Assembly (NCBI GenBank): GCA_005223125.1
Contig: NJBH01000012.1
Span: 1-64,000, forward strand
Length of the DNA stretch: 64,000 nt
Direction: 5' to 3'
From: Promethearchaeota archaeon Loki_b32
GTDB lineage: Archaea > Asgardarchaeota > Lokiarchaeia > Sigyniarchaeales > SOKP01
The notes under the pieces are model-generated. The model saw only the letters and a list, made by a program, of their open reading frames with translations. It did no database searches and was not told the origin of the DNA. This document shows, piece after piece, positions 9,033-19,318 of this stretch (position 1 is its first letter; each line of letters opens with the position of its first letter). The position numbers and the translations under genes were made by a program.

Positions 9033-9845
9033 TTGTATATCATGGGTATAAAAGATCAATCCCCTATCCGTTCAAAGATCAGAAGATCCTTTGATAATAC
9101 GGTAATTCACAACTTATTTATATTTAATAAATCTGGGATATGTTTTTATGGTAAGAATTTTACAAATTACTTTAATGTTGAAAAAAATTTAGTTTCACCC
9201 TTTATAACCGCCCTAATGTCTTTTTCCAAAGAAATGATTGGAAAAAAGTTTAAAACAATAGAAATGGGAGATGTAAAATTCGTAATTTTTGAAAAAGGAC
9301 CTATAATCTATAACATTTTGTGCGATTCAATTGAAAATGAAGCATTTTTAGAAGATATCGTTTTAAAGGTTAATAACCGACTTCGAGCATATATCAACAA
9401 AAATAAAATTAACATAGACGCAGAAATTGTATACGACAGTAAATTAAATGAAATACTTGATAATATCATAGATGATTCATTAAGTAGTGAATTCGATTTA
9501 AAAGTAGAACAAGAAATTATTGAATATATGAAAGAGATTACCTTAATAGAAGAACTTGACGGAATAATCCTTTTAACAAATAGAGGAAAAGTTATATATT
9601 CATCTTACAATAAATTAGATTTAAAAAATTTTCTAAAGGAAGTTGAATTTCGAGTTAAAATCTATAATAATTCGATATTAAAACTCTTTTATACATTTAA
9701 AGATAAACGATTTATTTTTTCAGAGTATGTTCAGAATAAATATTTTATAATTCTAGTTTTTGATTCTCATGTAAAATTTGGGATGGCTGAACATTATCTA
9801 ACCCGAATTGTACATTCTGTTAAAAAAATGCTTTCAAATTTATAA
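9033..9845 (+). CDS. Longin-like plus roadblock-like domain protein
   Basis: N-half LFIFNKSGICFY...FITALMSFSKEM; C-half GIILLTNRGKVIYS...FIILVF...FGM. Confidence 0.6.
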   Translation: MYIMGIKDQSPIRSKIRRSFDNTVIHNLFIFNKSGICFYGKNFTNYFNVEKNLVSPFITALMSFSKEMIGKKFKTIEMGDVKFVIFEKGPIIYNILCDSIENEAFLEDIVLKVNNRLRAYINKNKINIDAEIVYDSKLNEILDNIIDDSLSSEFDLKVEQEIIEYMKEITLIEELDGIILLTNRGKVIYSSYNKLDLKNFLKEVEFRVKIYNNSILKLFYTFKDKRFIFSEYVQNKYFIILVFDSHVKFGMAEHYLTRIVHSVKKMLSNL

Positions 9846-10017
9846 ATGATTAATTTTGTTCTTGGTCTAATACCAATAGTTAAAATTTTTAAATGTTAAA
9901 ATCTTGATTAAATCTTACAGATTCCGAAATTTCAATTAACAATTATGTTTTATAAAAATCAAATTAAAAAATCTCCAAATATAATTAAAAAATAAATTTG
10001 ATGTTAGTGTAAGTATT

Positions 10018-10521
10018 ATGTCAAAAACAGAAGAAAATTTAAAAGTTGCATTTGCCGGAGAATCCCAAGCAAATCGCAAATATTTAGCATTTTCGGATAA
10101 AGCTGAGAAGGAAGGACTTCCACAGATAGCAAAAATCTTTAGAGCTGCTGCTGCAGCTGAAACTGTCCATGCCCATAATCATCTTAGAGTTCTTGGTGGA
10201 ATTAAAAGTACGAAGGAAAATATAAAAGCAGCGGTAGAAGGTGAACACTATGAATTTACAAAAATGTATCCTGAGTTCCTTGAAGATGCTAAAAACGAAG
10301 GCAATAAAGATGCTGAACGATCGTTTCATTTAGCAAATGAAGTAGAAAAAGTGCACCATAAACTGTATGAGGCTGCTCTTGAAGCCGTTGAGAATGGTAA
10401 AGATTTAGAAAAAAATGATGTATTTATATGTCCCGTTTGCGGATACACACATGAAGGAGAACCCCCCGAATTATGTCCCGTTTGTGGTGCAGCAAAAAAA
10501 GCCTTTAAAAAAATAACTTAA
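10018..10521 (+). CDS. rbr: Rubrerythrin
   Basis: AFAGESQA, ETVHA, EKVHH di-iron motifs; CPVCG...CPVCG rubredoxin domain. Confidence 0.95.
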   Translation: MSKTEENLKVAFAGESQANRKYLAFSDKAEKEGLPQIAKIFRAAAAAETVHAHNHLRVLGGIKSTKENIKAAVEGEHYEFTKMYPEFLEDAKNEGNKDAERSFHLANEVEKVHHKLYEAALEAVENGKDLEKNDVFICPVCGYTHEGEPPELCPVCGAAKKAFKKIT

Positions 10522-10539
10522 TTCTTTTTTTATTTTTAT

Positions 10540-12129
10540 TTAGATCGTCCAAGGACTATAACAATCTTTAAGTTTTAACAAGTATTCATTCAGATTGAAA
10601 TTTATTTCTTTCTCAGCTCTTTTTAGGGCTCCAAAAGTAGCTCCATTATTATAGTAGTTCAAAAGTAAATCTGAAACTGCTTGATTTCCTAAAGAAATCA
10701 TTGCTTGGAGTCTAGCATTCTTTATAATCAATTTTAAATTTTTAAATTTTATTTTTATAGAAGCTAATTCCTTTAGTTCTCTGACCAGTTTTTGATATTT
10801 TTTTGTTAATTCCTGTATATTATCTTTTAAATAGAAAGTGATCTCTTTTTCATAAGGAGTATTAAGTTTTGGAATAAAAGGATTAACATTAACTCTTAAT
10901 GAATTTCTAGTAAAACCAAGTTGATCTGCAATTTTTAATAGTCTAATTATATCATCAATGTTTTCTTCACTTTCACCTGGTAGCCCAATTAAAAAGTAAA
11001 ATTTTACATTTTTAATTTGAGATTCTCTAATTTGAGTTAAAACTGATATTATTTTTTCATTAGATATTTTTTTTCCAAGTTCAAATCTCAAACTTTCTGA
11101 ACCTGCTTCTGGTGCAATTGTAACTGTTTTAATGGCAGCTTTCTCTATTAATTGAATTACATCTGATGTTAAATGCTCAATTCGAATTGAGGGAATTGTT
11201 AATCTTATTCCATTATTAATTATTAGCTCACAAATTTGCTTAAATTGCGGATGAGATGAAACACAAGAACCAATCAAACTTATTGTATCGAAATTAGAAT
11301 AATTTATACCGTCCTCAATAACTTTCTTAATATTTTCATAACTTCTATTTCTGAATGGAGAATTATGAAAAGACGAGATACAGAATTTACATTTATAAGG
11401 ACATCCTCTGTTTATCTCAACAAAAAAATTATTTTGAAAAATTAACTTTTCTTTGGGATCATTGGAACTTAATTGAAATATTGGATTTGGTGAATCATCA
11501 AGATTCTTAAGAATTGCTCTTTTAACTTTATTATTTAGAGAAGGAATAAAGATTCCTTCTATTTGACTTATTTTATCTAAAAATTCTCTGTAATTTATTT
11601 TCTCATTTTTGTATTTCTTAAAGATTTGAAAAAATAATTTCAAATTACATTCTGAATCACCGATAAATAAAACATCAAAAATTTTACTAAAAGACATTGG
11701 ATTCGAGGTAACTACTGGACCCCCTCCTATTATAAGTGGTAATTTATGTTTTTCTAAGTCATTTCTTTTTTGACGCTCTTTAAAGCTCAACGGAATCTCT
11801 ACTTTATCTAAAATCCATAATATGTTTTTTAAATCATTTTCAAAATGAAATGAAAACCCCAATATATCAAATTCATTTGGTAACACCTTGTTTTCAATTG
11901 ATCGTAGCTGGTTTTTTGGAGAATAATCTTTAGAAGCAGGAAATTTTAACTTTACGCCCTCAGGTAAAAATATACGTTCACAAGCAATATCTTTAAAAGA
12001 ATTTATTAAAAAATAAAGAAGTCTAATAGAATATGAAGACATTCCAAGACTATAAACATTCGGATAAACAAGACCAAATGAAATATCAATTTTTCGCCAA
12101 TCTTTTATTATTATATTCTCAAAAATCAT
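10540..12129 (-). CDS. B12-binding-type radical SAM protein
   Basis: YPNVYSLGMS N-terminus, RGCPYKCKFC cluster motif, APEAGS, YFLIGLP. Confidence 0.88.
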   Translation of the reverse strand: MIFENIIIKDWRKIDISFGLVYPNVYSLGMSSYSIRLLYFLINSFKDIACERIFLPEGVKLKFPASKDYSPKNQLRSIENKVLPNEFDILGFSFHFENDLKNILWILDKVEIPLSFKERQKRNDLEKHKLPLIIGGGPVVTSNPMSFSKIFDVLFIGDSECNLKLFFQIFKKYKNEKINYREFLDKISQIEGIFIPSLNNKVKRAILKNLDDSPNPIFQLSSNDPKEKLIFQNNFFVEINRGCPYKCKFCISSFHNSPFRNRSYENIKKVIEDGINYSNFDTISLIGSCVSSHPQFKQICELIINNGIRLTIPSIRIEHLTSDVIQLIEKAAIKTVTIAPEAGSESLRFELGKKISNEKIISVLTQIRESQIKNVKFYFLIGLPGESEENIDDIIRLLKIADQLGFTRNSLRVNVNPFIPKLNTPYEKEITFYLKDNIQELTKKYQKLVRELKELASIKIKFKNLKLIIKNARLQAMISLGNQAVSDLLLNYYNNGATFGALKRAEKEINFNLNEYLLKLKDCYSPWTI

Positions 12130-12172
12130 ATGAAGAATAATGTTAAGATTAATTAGATAAAATAATATAACG

Positions 12173-12991
12173 CTAAGTATTCAAATCTCGATTTGCCTGA
12201 ATTTTTTTAATTTGTTCTACAATTAAAGGTAAAATAGTTCCCGTTTTATTATTAATAACAATTTCAGCTCGTTCATCTAAATATGTTGGCTCATCATTTA
12301 TGATTATTAATTTTCTTCCTTCACTTACAGTATATAAAGGTAAGTCACAGACAGGTGCAACCGAAAGAGAAGATCCGGCTATTAGCATGACATCTGTTTT
12401 TTTTGCTAAATCTATTGACATATATTTTTCAAAATTAGGTAAACTTTCTCCAAATAATACCACTGAAGGTTTTAAGGGTGTGGCACAGAAATCACATAAG
12501 GGAGGTAATTTTTTTTCCTTTTTCATTTTGCGTAGAAGTTGCTGTTTATTATAACTCGCACGACATCCTAAACAAGAAAACCTATTGATGTTCCCATGCA
12601 CTTCATATACTATAATAGACCCTGCTTTTTGATGTAGTTCATCAACATTTTGTGTTATGATCGCTTTAACAATATTCATTTTTTCAAGTGCAGCGATAGC
12701 ATAATGACCCGCATTTGGTTCGGCATTAAATAAAGTTGGGGCAATATCTTCAGCCATCTTCCAAAATTTGGAAGGATCATTTAGGAAAGATTGAATACTT
12801 CCATAAATTTCTGGTTTATATTTCGCCCATATTCCACTTTCACCTCTAAAGTCGGGAATTCCTGATTCTGTTGATATCCCTGCTCCGGTTAACACTACTG
12901 CATTTTTAGAATTTATGAGTAATTCAGCAGCTTTATTAATACTTTCTTTTTCTACTGGTTCTAATATCTCCATTTTTAATTTAAATGTCAA
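12173..12991 (-). CDS. cobB: NAD-dependent protein deacylase (Sir2/CobB)
   Basis: GAGISTESGIPDFR, TQNVD, HG, two CxxC pairs. Confidence 0.93.
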   Translation of the reverse strand: MTFKLKMEILEPVEKESINKAAELLINSKNAVVLTGAGISTESGIPDFRGESGIWAKYKPEIYGSIQSFLNDPSKFWKMAEDIAPTLFNAEPNAGHYAIAALEKMNIVKAIITQNVDELHQKAGSIIVYEVHGNINRFSCLGCRASYNKQQLLRKMKKEKKLPPLCDFCATPLKPSVVLFGESLPNFEKYMSIDLAKKTDVMLIAGSSLSVAPVCDLPLYTVSEGRKLIIINDEPTYLDERAEIVINNKTGTILPLIVEQIKKIQANRDLNT

Positions 12992-13171
12992 TGTTTAAGA
13001 TGTTAATGTATTTAATTTTAATAAAATTTATACTTATAGACTTAATCATTAAAAACTTCAAGGATCAATACATTTTCTTTGATATGAAATCAAAAAAAAT
13101 TAATATGTTCAATAATTCTATCAATCATAAAAGCTAATTATTTAACTTTTTACCTCCTACAAGGCTTTTCT

Positions 13172-14059
13172 ATGATCTCTGGTTTTACTGTTATTTTAGA
13201 AGATGACATTCTATATTGTTCTGATGAAAATAAATACAATTCGTTTGAAATTGTGTTATTTGTCGAAAAGCTAATGAAATTTTTTAAGTGGCGATTAAGA
13301 AACATCTGCTTTAAAAGTAAAAAAGTAGGCAAAGAAAGGATTATTGTTGAACATGTTATTACAAATGCTGGTCAGAATTTATTCTTCTGTGTCGTAGGCA
13401 GTTTTAGTGCAGGATCACAAGAAGCTTTTAAAATGTTAAAAGAATTCCGCAAGCAAGTTAATAACCAATACAAGGATCTTGCTCGATTAAAATTTGCTTC
13501 AGAGGAACCAACCTTTAATCAAGTGATTAATTTAATAGTAGAATATTTACAAGACAAATATTTAGAACCATTAGAAGAAGAAATAATCTATGAAAAACCA
13601 AACGATAATGGGCAAAATACAATATTATATGCAGGAATATCTGCTCAAGGATTACCTATAATCTCTAAATTATATGATAAAAATCTTTTAATGACTTTAG
13701 AAAAAGATAAAACAAGCGAAAATATTGAATTATTCACCTCAGATCTATCTGCTAAACTAGCAACCATTTCAATGAACACTTTAATCCGAACAAAAACAAA
13801 AATAAAAGAAATTCATTTAGATGATACTGTTAATAATAATAGTAAAAAAGTAATATTATTTGGAAATATTAATGGCTATTCAATAGATTTCATAGCTAAT
13901 GGTAATTTTTATAAAATAAAATCGATTTTTAAAAAACTAAAATCGAAAATGGTGTTAGATTCCGCTTTTCAAAATGATTTTTCGGGAGATTTAAGACCAT
14001 TTAAACATTTAAAATATTATCTTGATGAAGTTGTAAAAGAATTTGACCAAATATATTAA
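13172..14059 (+). CDS. Hypothetical protein, possibly two longin-like domains
   Basis: Two repeats of a bb-a-bbb-a-like hydrophobic pattern; second unit ILYAGISAQGLPIIS. Confidence 0.45.
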   Translation: MISGFTVILEDDILYCSDENKYNSFEIVLFVEKLMKFFKWRLRNICFKSKKVGKERIIVEHVITNAGQNLFFCVVGSFSAGSQEAFKMLKEFRKQVNNQYKDLARLKFASEEPTFNQVINLIVEYLQDKYLEPLEEEIIYEKPNDNGQNTILYAGISAQGLPIISKLYDKNLLMTLEKDKTSENIELFTSDLSAKLATISMNTLIRTKTKIKEIHLDDTVNNNSKKVILFGNINGYSIDFIANGNFYKIKSIFKKLKSKMVLDSAFQNDFSGDLRPFKHLKYYLDEVVKEFDQIY

Positions 14060-14080
14060 TTATATTTTTGAATTATTTTT

Positions 14081-15373
14081 ATGAAAGCTGTAATATTAGC
14101 GGCAGGAGAAGGAAAAAGACTTAGACCCATTACATCCTCCAGACCGAAACCAATGATACCTCTATTAGGAAAACCTCTCTTAGAACATACTATATTAGGA
14201 TTGCAAAATAATGGAATAAATCATATTTTACTAGTTGTTGGGTATAAACAAGAGATAATTAAGGAATATTTTGAAAAAATTGCCTTAGAGCTCAATATAA
14301 AAATTGAATATATCACTCAAAAAGAATATTTAGGTACTGCCCACGCGGCAAATTATGCCAAAAACTTCATCAAAAATGAACCCTTTTTGATAATGTATGG
14401 GGATCTGTTTGTTGATCCTGAAATTTTTAAAATTATTTTAAAGAAATATAGAGAAAATAAGTTTGAAGGGTTAATTACTTTATTAGAAGTAAATAATCCA
14501 CAAGATTATGGAATAATAACATTAAATTCTAAAGATTTAGTAAAAAAGATAATTGAAAAACCAACCCCTGACCAACATGCTGGAAATTTAGCTAATGCGG
14601 GGATTTATATATTTAATCAACTAATATTTTATGCTATTGAACAAACTCAAAAATCAATAAGAAATGAGTATGAATTTACGGATTCTATGGAAATACTTAT
14701 CAATAATTTTAATGGTAAAATTGTTGGTTGTACAATTAAGAACTATTTTTGGAATGATATTGGATTACCATGGCAATTGTTTGACGCTAACAAATTTCTT
14801 TTAGATAGGATGGAGAGTCAAATTATTGGTACAATAGAAGAGAATGTGAAGACTCAAGGGAATATATATTTAGGTGAGGGTTCTATTGTCAAATCCGGTT
14901 CATATCTTCAAGGACCATGTTATATAGGAGAAAATAACATTATAGGTCCAAATGCATTTATACGACCTTATACTTCAATTGAAAATAATTGTCATATAGG
15001 AATGTGTGAAATAAAAAATTCCTTAATCTTCTCTAACACTGCTATTCCACACTTTAATTATATTGGCGATAGCATAATTGGTCCAGATGTAAATTTGGGT
15101 GCTGGAACCAAAATATCAAACTTAAGATTTGATAATAAAAATATAAGAATGAAAATTAATGATAAGCTAGTTGATTCTGGCCGAAGAAAACTGGGGGCAA
15201 TCATGGGTCCTAATTCTCAAACAGGCATTAATGCAAGTATAATGTGTGGAAAAAAAATAGGCGAAAATTCAATTATAGGCGCTCATACGATAGTTAATGA
15301 AGATGTACCCCCTAATACACTATATTATCAAGATTCAAGTGGTAAGGTTCTAAAAAAAGTTAATCCATTTTAA
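14081..15373 (+). CDS. glmU: Bifunctional sugar-1-phosphate nucleotidyltransferase/acetyltransferase (archaeal GlmU)
   Basis: VILAAGEGKRLRP, LGTAHA, hexapeptide LbH repeats, GRRKLG. Confidence 0.92.
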   Translation: MKAVILAAGEGKRLRPITSSRPKPMIPLLGKPLLEHTILGLQNNGINHILLVVGYKQEIIKEYFEKIALELNIKIEYITQKEYLGTAHAANYAKNFIKNEPFLIMYGDLFVDPEIFKIILKKYRENKFEGLITLLEVNNPQDYGIITLNSKDLVKKIIEKPTPDQHAGNLANAGIYIFNQLIFYAIEQTQKSIRNEYEFTDSMEILINNFNGKIVGCTIKNYFWNDIGLPWQLFDANKFLLDRMESQIIGTIEENVKTQGNIYLGEGSIVKSGSYLQGPCYIGENNIIGPNAFIRPYTSIENNCHIGMCEIKNSLIFSNTAIPHFNYIGDSIIGPDVNLGAGTKISNLRFDNKNIRMKINDKLVDSGRRKLGAIMGPNSQTGINASIMCGKKIGENSIIGAHTIVNEDVPPNTLYYQDSSGKVLKKVNPF

Positions 15374-15398
15374 TTTCATAATTCACTATCGTTTTAAT

Positions 15399-17159
15399 TC
15401 ATTGAATTACCATTTCAACATGTGGTTTTGCAGATTTTCTTTTTTTAAATTCACGTAATAATTTTGAAAATTTGAGTTGTTTATCTTGATAATTAAGTTC
15501 TTGGAATGCTTGTTCTTGGTAAGCAATAAATATTTTATTTGAAAATTCTTCCCAATCTCGACAAATTGCTAAGGTTTTTTCATCATTTCTGAGAAGACTG
15601 TCATGAGACATTAACCGGAGGAATTCTGATGAATATTCTTCAATTAGATCGGAATCTGCTCCTTTAAGTAAGTCACTACAAAATTGATCAGCAGGATACC
15701 AATCTTTAACTCTAGAAAAATCTCTATGGATCTGAGTGAGGAGTACGTTTCTTGGACCTTCCCATAATTCCATAATCAAAGAATCACGATGCAATCGAGG
15801 AAAAGATAAGAAATCTTCCATTATACCATGACCTCCAAAAAAGGAAATTGCTTTACGTATCATTGCTGGAGCTTCATCGGCTACTACTATTTTTTGCAGC
15901 ATTACTAACTCACGTAATCTGAAACGACGCTTACGTTCCTCAATATTATCAATTTTTTCTAATTCTCTAATTCCACTGATAAGTTTTTCATCAAAATGAA
16001 TGTATTCTGAATATACTTTAAATGTTCCAGCAGCGGTCCTCTTAGTGAAATGATCTAAATCATTTATCTGGTTAATCATTAATGGAAATGACGATATGGG
16101 AACTCCAAAAGCGGTTCTAAATTGTGAAAACAATACCGCTTCTCTTGCAACCCGTAAAGCACCAGCCGCCATTCCAAAAGCTACATGGAGCCTAGACAAT
16201 GACAAAACAATTCCAATAATATTAGCTAGTCCTTTTTCAAGAGGACCTATTGGATATGCTACTGCACCATTATATGTAATTTCAGCTGTTGGTAATTCTG
16301 CAGTTCCTAATTTTTGTTTAAGCCTATCAATAGTGAAAGAGTTCCTTATTTCCTTTTCTTTATTACCAGGAAGCCAGGAAGGAACGATAAATGCTGCAAC
16401 TCTAGTTGACGATTGCACTCCTATTGGTTTCGCTGTAACAATCCCATAATCAGCGTGCATTGCAGAACAGAAAAACTTTTGTCCATATATCCTCCAACAA
16501 TTTGAATATCCATCTGAGCCTTCTTCATTTTGAAAAACAGCTTCAACAAGATTAGCAGGAACATCACTCCCACCTTGAATCTCACTTACAAATTGTGCAC
16601 CTCTAGCATATTCACCTCTCTTTCCATCTCTAATATTATTGAGAATTTCTTTCGCTTCAAAGCTCAACGAATCCTCAAATTTTTGCATAAGCTCAACTGC
16701 TCCATGAGTACATGCTACAGGACACATGACTCCTGCTTCTCCATTCTCATATAACAAAAATATTTTAATAAATCTACTCCATGCTGTATTTCTTGTTGGA
16801 TCGAAAAGTCCAAGGCTAAATATTTCACGTTCTAAGATTTCAGTTTCTAAACATCTTTCTATACGATCAATTCGATGATTATGTGCATCGTAATGCTTGA
16901 CTTTTGTGACTTTTATTCTATTTTCAAGTTCATTAGCTTTATCAGCAAGATTGCGAAATCTAAAAGAGACATAATCTGACAAAGCACGTAGGTCTCTGTC
17001 TATTTTTTCAAATTCTTCTTGAGGGACATATTTTTTTACAAGTACTTGTAAAAACTCATCATCTCTATAGTAATTTAAATGATTTCTGACAAATAAAAAA
17101 TCATCAAAATTATATGGGTTATTTCGATTTCCTTCTTGAGCTGACATATTGTTCACCAT
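15399..17159 (-). CDS. Acyl-CoA dehydrogenase, AidB-like
   Basis: SEIQGGSD, KFFCSA, RLKQKLGT, GGHG, WEGPRN motifs. Confidence 0.88.
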   Translation of the reverse strand: MVNNMSAQEGNRNNPYNFDDFLFVRNHLNYYRDDEFLQVLVKKYVPQEEFEKIDRDLRALSDYVSFRFRNLADKANELENRIKVTKVKHYDAHNHRIDRIERCLETEILEREIFSLGLFDPTRNTAWSRFIKIFLLYENGEAGVMCPVACTHGAVELMQKFEDSLSFEAKEILNNIRDGKRGEYARGAQFVSEIQGGSDVPANLVEAVFQNEEGSDGYSNCWRIYGQKFFCSAMHADYGIVTAKPIGVQSSTRVAAFIVPSWLPGNKEKEIRNSFTIDRLKQKLGTAELPTAEITYNGAVAYPIGPLEKGLANIIGIVLSLSRLHVAFGMAAGALRVAREAVLFSQFRTAFGVPISSFPLMINQINDLDHFTKRTAAGTFKVYSEYIHFDEKLISGIRELEKIDNIEERKRRFRLRELVMLQKIVVADEAPAMIRKAISFFGGHGIMEDFLSFPRLHRDSLIMELWEGPRNVLLTQIHRDFSRVKDWYPADQFCSDLLKGADSDLIEEYSSEFLRLMSHDSLLRNDEKTLAICRDWEEFSNKIFIAYQEQAFQELNYQDKQLKFSKLLREFKKRKSAKPHVEMVIQ

Positions 17160-17267
17160 AAATCCTAATGTAAAAATAGTAAATAAATAGAATTGTAAAA
17201 TAATACTGATGTCTATTTAAATATAAGTTATGTAAATAAATAACTTATTTTCTTTCGCTAGAAATTT

Positions 17268-18080
17268 TTATTCAGTATTTGATTCATCTGATTCTTCAGA
17301 AGGTTCTTCTTTCAAATCTGGTTTTTCTACTGTTTTAGCAGGTTGAGGTCTGGTTTTGGGGTGCCAAAGTTTTTTTACGTTAATTCTTTCAGTTCTTTTT
17401 ATCTCTGATTTTCTAGATCTTTTTACATCAACTTCTACTATATCAAATTCATCATCAGGGACCTCTTTGTCCTCTCCACCCTCAGGAATTGATACTAGCT
17501 TACTCTTACTTATCACTGAATTTGATAAAGGATATATGGTTTTAGCGACACGTTGAATTTGGTGATCGATTTCTTTTGAAATCATTGCTTTAATAAATTT
17601 CTCATGATTATATAATAAGGCAAATTCACGTATCACTTCATCCATAATTTTTCGAATTAAATCAATCTGAGAACTTCTTGCTCGTTTAATTGTAGTACAA
17701 ATCCCAGTTATGCGAAAAAGATAACCATCTTTCGTTATTATATTTTTGATTGTCTGGATTTTAGAGTTTCCTCGACCAATTAACGATCTGATGAAGTCAT
17801 TTGTATATTGATGGCCAAAAAAGATAGTTTCAGCTCTATGATTTTCAGAATTCACACTAACAACTTTAAATTGAAGTTTTAAACTTATATCTGAGTATTT
17901 CTCTGTAAAATCATAGAGAATATTTTCCATGATTCTTCCAACAATATTTTCTTCTAAACCTATTATTTCTCCTATCTCCTTATAATTAAAGATTTTAGGA
18001 CTTTGTACAATCCACCAATCTTTATCTTTGAATGATACTTTCTTAACCTTAAGCTTTTTTTTTTTCGCTCTTGAGCTCAA
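17268..18080 (-). CDS. rps3ae: 30S ribosomal protein eS1 (S3Ae) with C-terminal extension
   Basis: KDKDWW...P..F, DFIRSL, KTIYPL motifs; follows uS15; TTG start with GGGGG SD. Confidence 0.88.
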   Translation of the reverse strand: MSSRAKKKKLKVKKVSFKDKDWWIVQSPKIFNYKEIGEIIGLEENIVGRIMENILYDFTEKYSDISLKLQFKVVSVNSENHRAETIFFGHQYTNDFIRSLIGRGNSKIQTIKNIITKDGYLFRITGICTTIKRARSSQIDLIRKIMDEVIREFALLYNHEKFIKAMISKEIDHQIQRVAKTIYPLSNSVISKSKLVSIPEGGEDKEVPDDEFDIVEVDVKRSRKSEIKRTERINVKKLWHPKTRPQPAKTVEKPDLKEEPSEESDESNTE

Positions 18081-18094
18081 TTAAAATACCCCCT

Positions 18095-18553
18095 TTATCT
18101 CGCTACTAATGTTCTTATCTTTTCTGGATCATATTTAAAATCAGGTGCTAACTTTTTCTTCTTTTTATAATATTTTATTAGACGATAGATTTTTGACTCT
18201 ACGCGTCCTAATCCCTTACGAGCTTCAAGGTCTTTATGGTTTTCCTCAAGATGCTTTCGAATACTTAAAGCCTTTTTCACTAAATTACCGAGTTCTTCTG
18301 GTAAAGGTGCTTTAATATCATTCTCTTTGAGAATTTGGCTTATTTTTTTACCAACTACAACCTTAACAAGTGGTACACCCCGAGAATCTCTCATGATAGT
18401 GCCTATCATTGATTTTGAGAGACCTTTTCTTGCTAATTTAACTACTTCATTTTCAACTTCTTCGGGGGATAACTCTATCCAAACTGGTTTTTCCAATCTA
18501 GCAGGTCTAGTTGAACCACTTTTCCCTTTCTTTCTTGAGTGCATTCTAGCCAT
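18095..18553 (-). CDS. rps15: 30S ribosomal protein uS15 (S15/S13e)
   Basis: MARMHSRKKGKSGS, PEEL, HKD, ESKIYRL motifs. Confidence 0.96.
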   Translation of the reverse strand: MARMHSRKKGKSGSTRPARLEKPVWIELSPEEVENEVVKLARKGLSKSMIGTIMRDSRGVPLVKVVVGKKISQILKENDIKAPLPEELGNLVKKALSIRKHLEENHKDLEARKGLGRVESKIYRLIKYYKKKKKLAPDFKYDPEKIRTLVAR

Positions 18554-18701
18554 AAAAAACAAATCTTTCTTACTTGAATATTATTTTAAATGAACTCTCA
18601 AAAATAAAATTTTTGGATTTTAATGCTATAAAAGTGAAATTCTATAAAATTTAATTGGATCAATTAGTTTTGATTATTAATTATTTATAATTATAGCAAT
18701 T

Positions 18702-19289
18702 ATGGAAAAAGAAGATCCTAATATCTATTTTGTAACTGGAAATATTCATAAATTTAACGAGATATTTAATCTTTTTTCAAAAGAGAATATGAAATATAAT
18801 TTAAAACGAAAAGATCTCGAAACAATAGAAATTCAGACAACAGATTTAAAAAAAGTAGCTTTATTTAAATTGAATAGCATTAAAGGTCAAATTAATGGCT
18901 CATATTTTATAGAAGATGCGGGATTTTTTGTAGATACTCCTTTAAATGGTTTTCCGGGAGTATATTCTTCATATGTTATGGAAACCATTGGTAATAGGGG
19001 AATATTAAGATTAATAGACGATTTTAATATGACAAAAGCTCATTTCACTTCAGTAATAGCACTTTACTTTAAACCTCTTGATAAAAATTTATTTTTTGAA
19101 GGAACTGTACAGGGAAAGCTCTCCAAAGCTATGATCGGTTCAAGGGGTTTTGGATTTGATCCTATTTTTCTTTCTAACGAAATTCCAAACAAAACTTTTG
19201 CTGAATTGACTATAGAGGAAAAAAATAAAATTTCTCATAGAGGTAGAGCTTGGAGTAAATTTATTGAGTTTTTAAGAAAAAATTCATAA
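18702..19289 (+). CDS. rdgB: Non-canonical purine NTP pyrophosphatase (RdgB/HAM1)
   Basis: TGNIHK, EDAG, GFPGVYS, FGFDPIF, KNKISHRG. Confidence 0.95.
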   Translation: MEKEDPNIYFVTGNIHKFNEIFNLFSKENMKYNLKRKDLETIEIQTTDLKKVALFKLNSIKGQINGSYFIEDAGFFVDTPLNGFPGVYSSYVMETIGNRGILRLIDDFNMTKAHFTSVIALYFKPLDKNLFFEGTVQGKLSKAMIGSRGFGFDPIFLSNEIPNKTFAELTIEEKNKISHRGRAWSKFIEFLRKNS

Positions 19290-19318
19290 TTAGAAAACTG
19301 ATATTTAGAAGTGGATTT

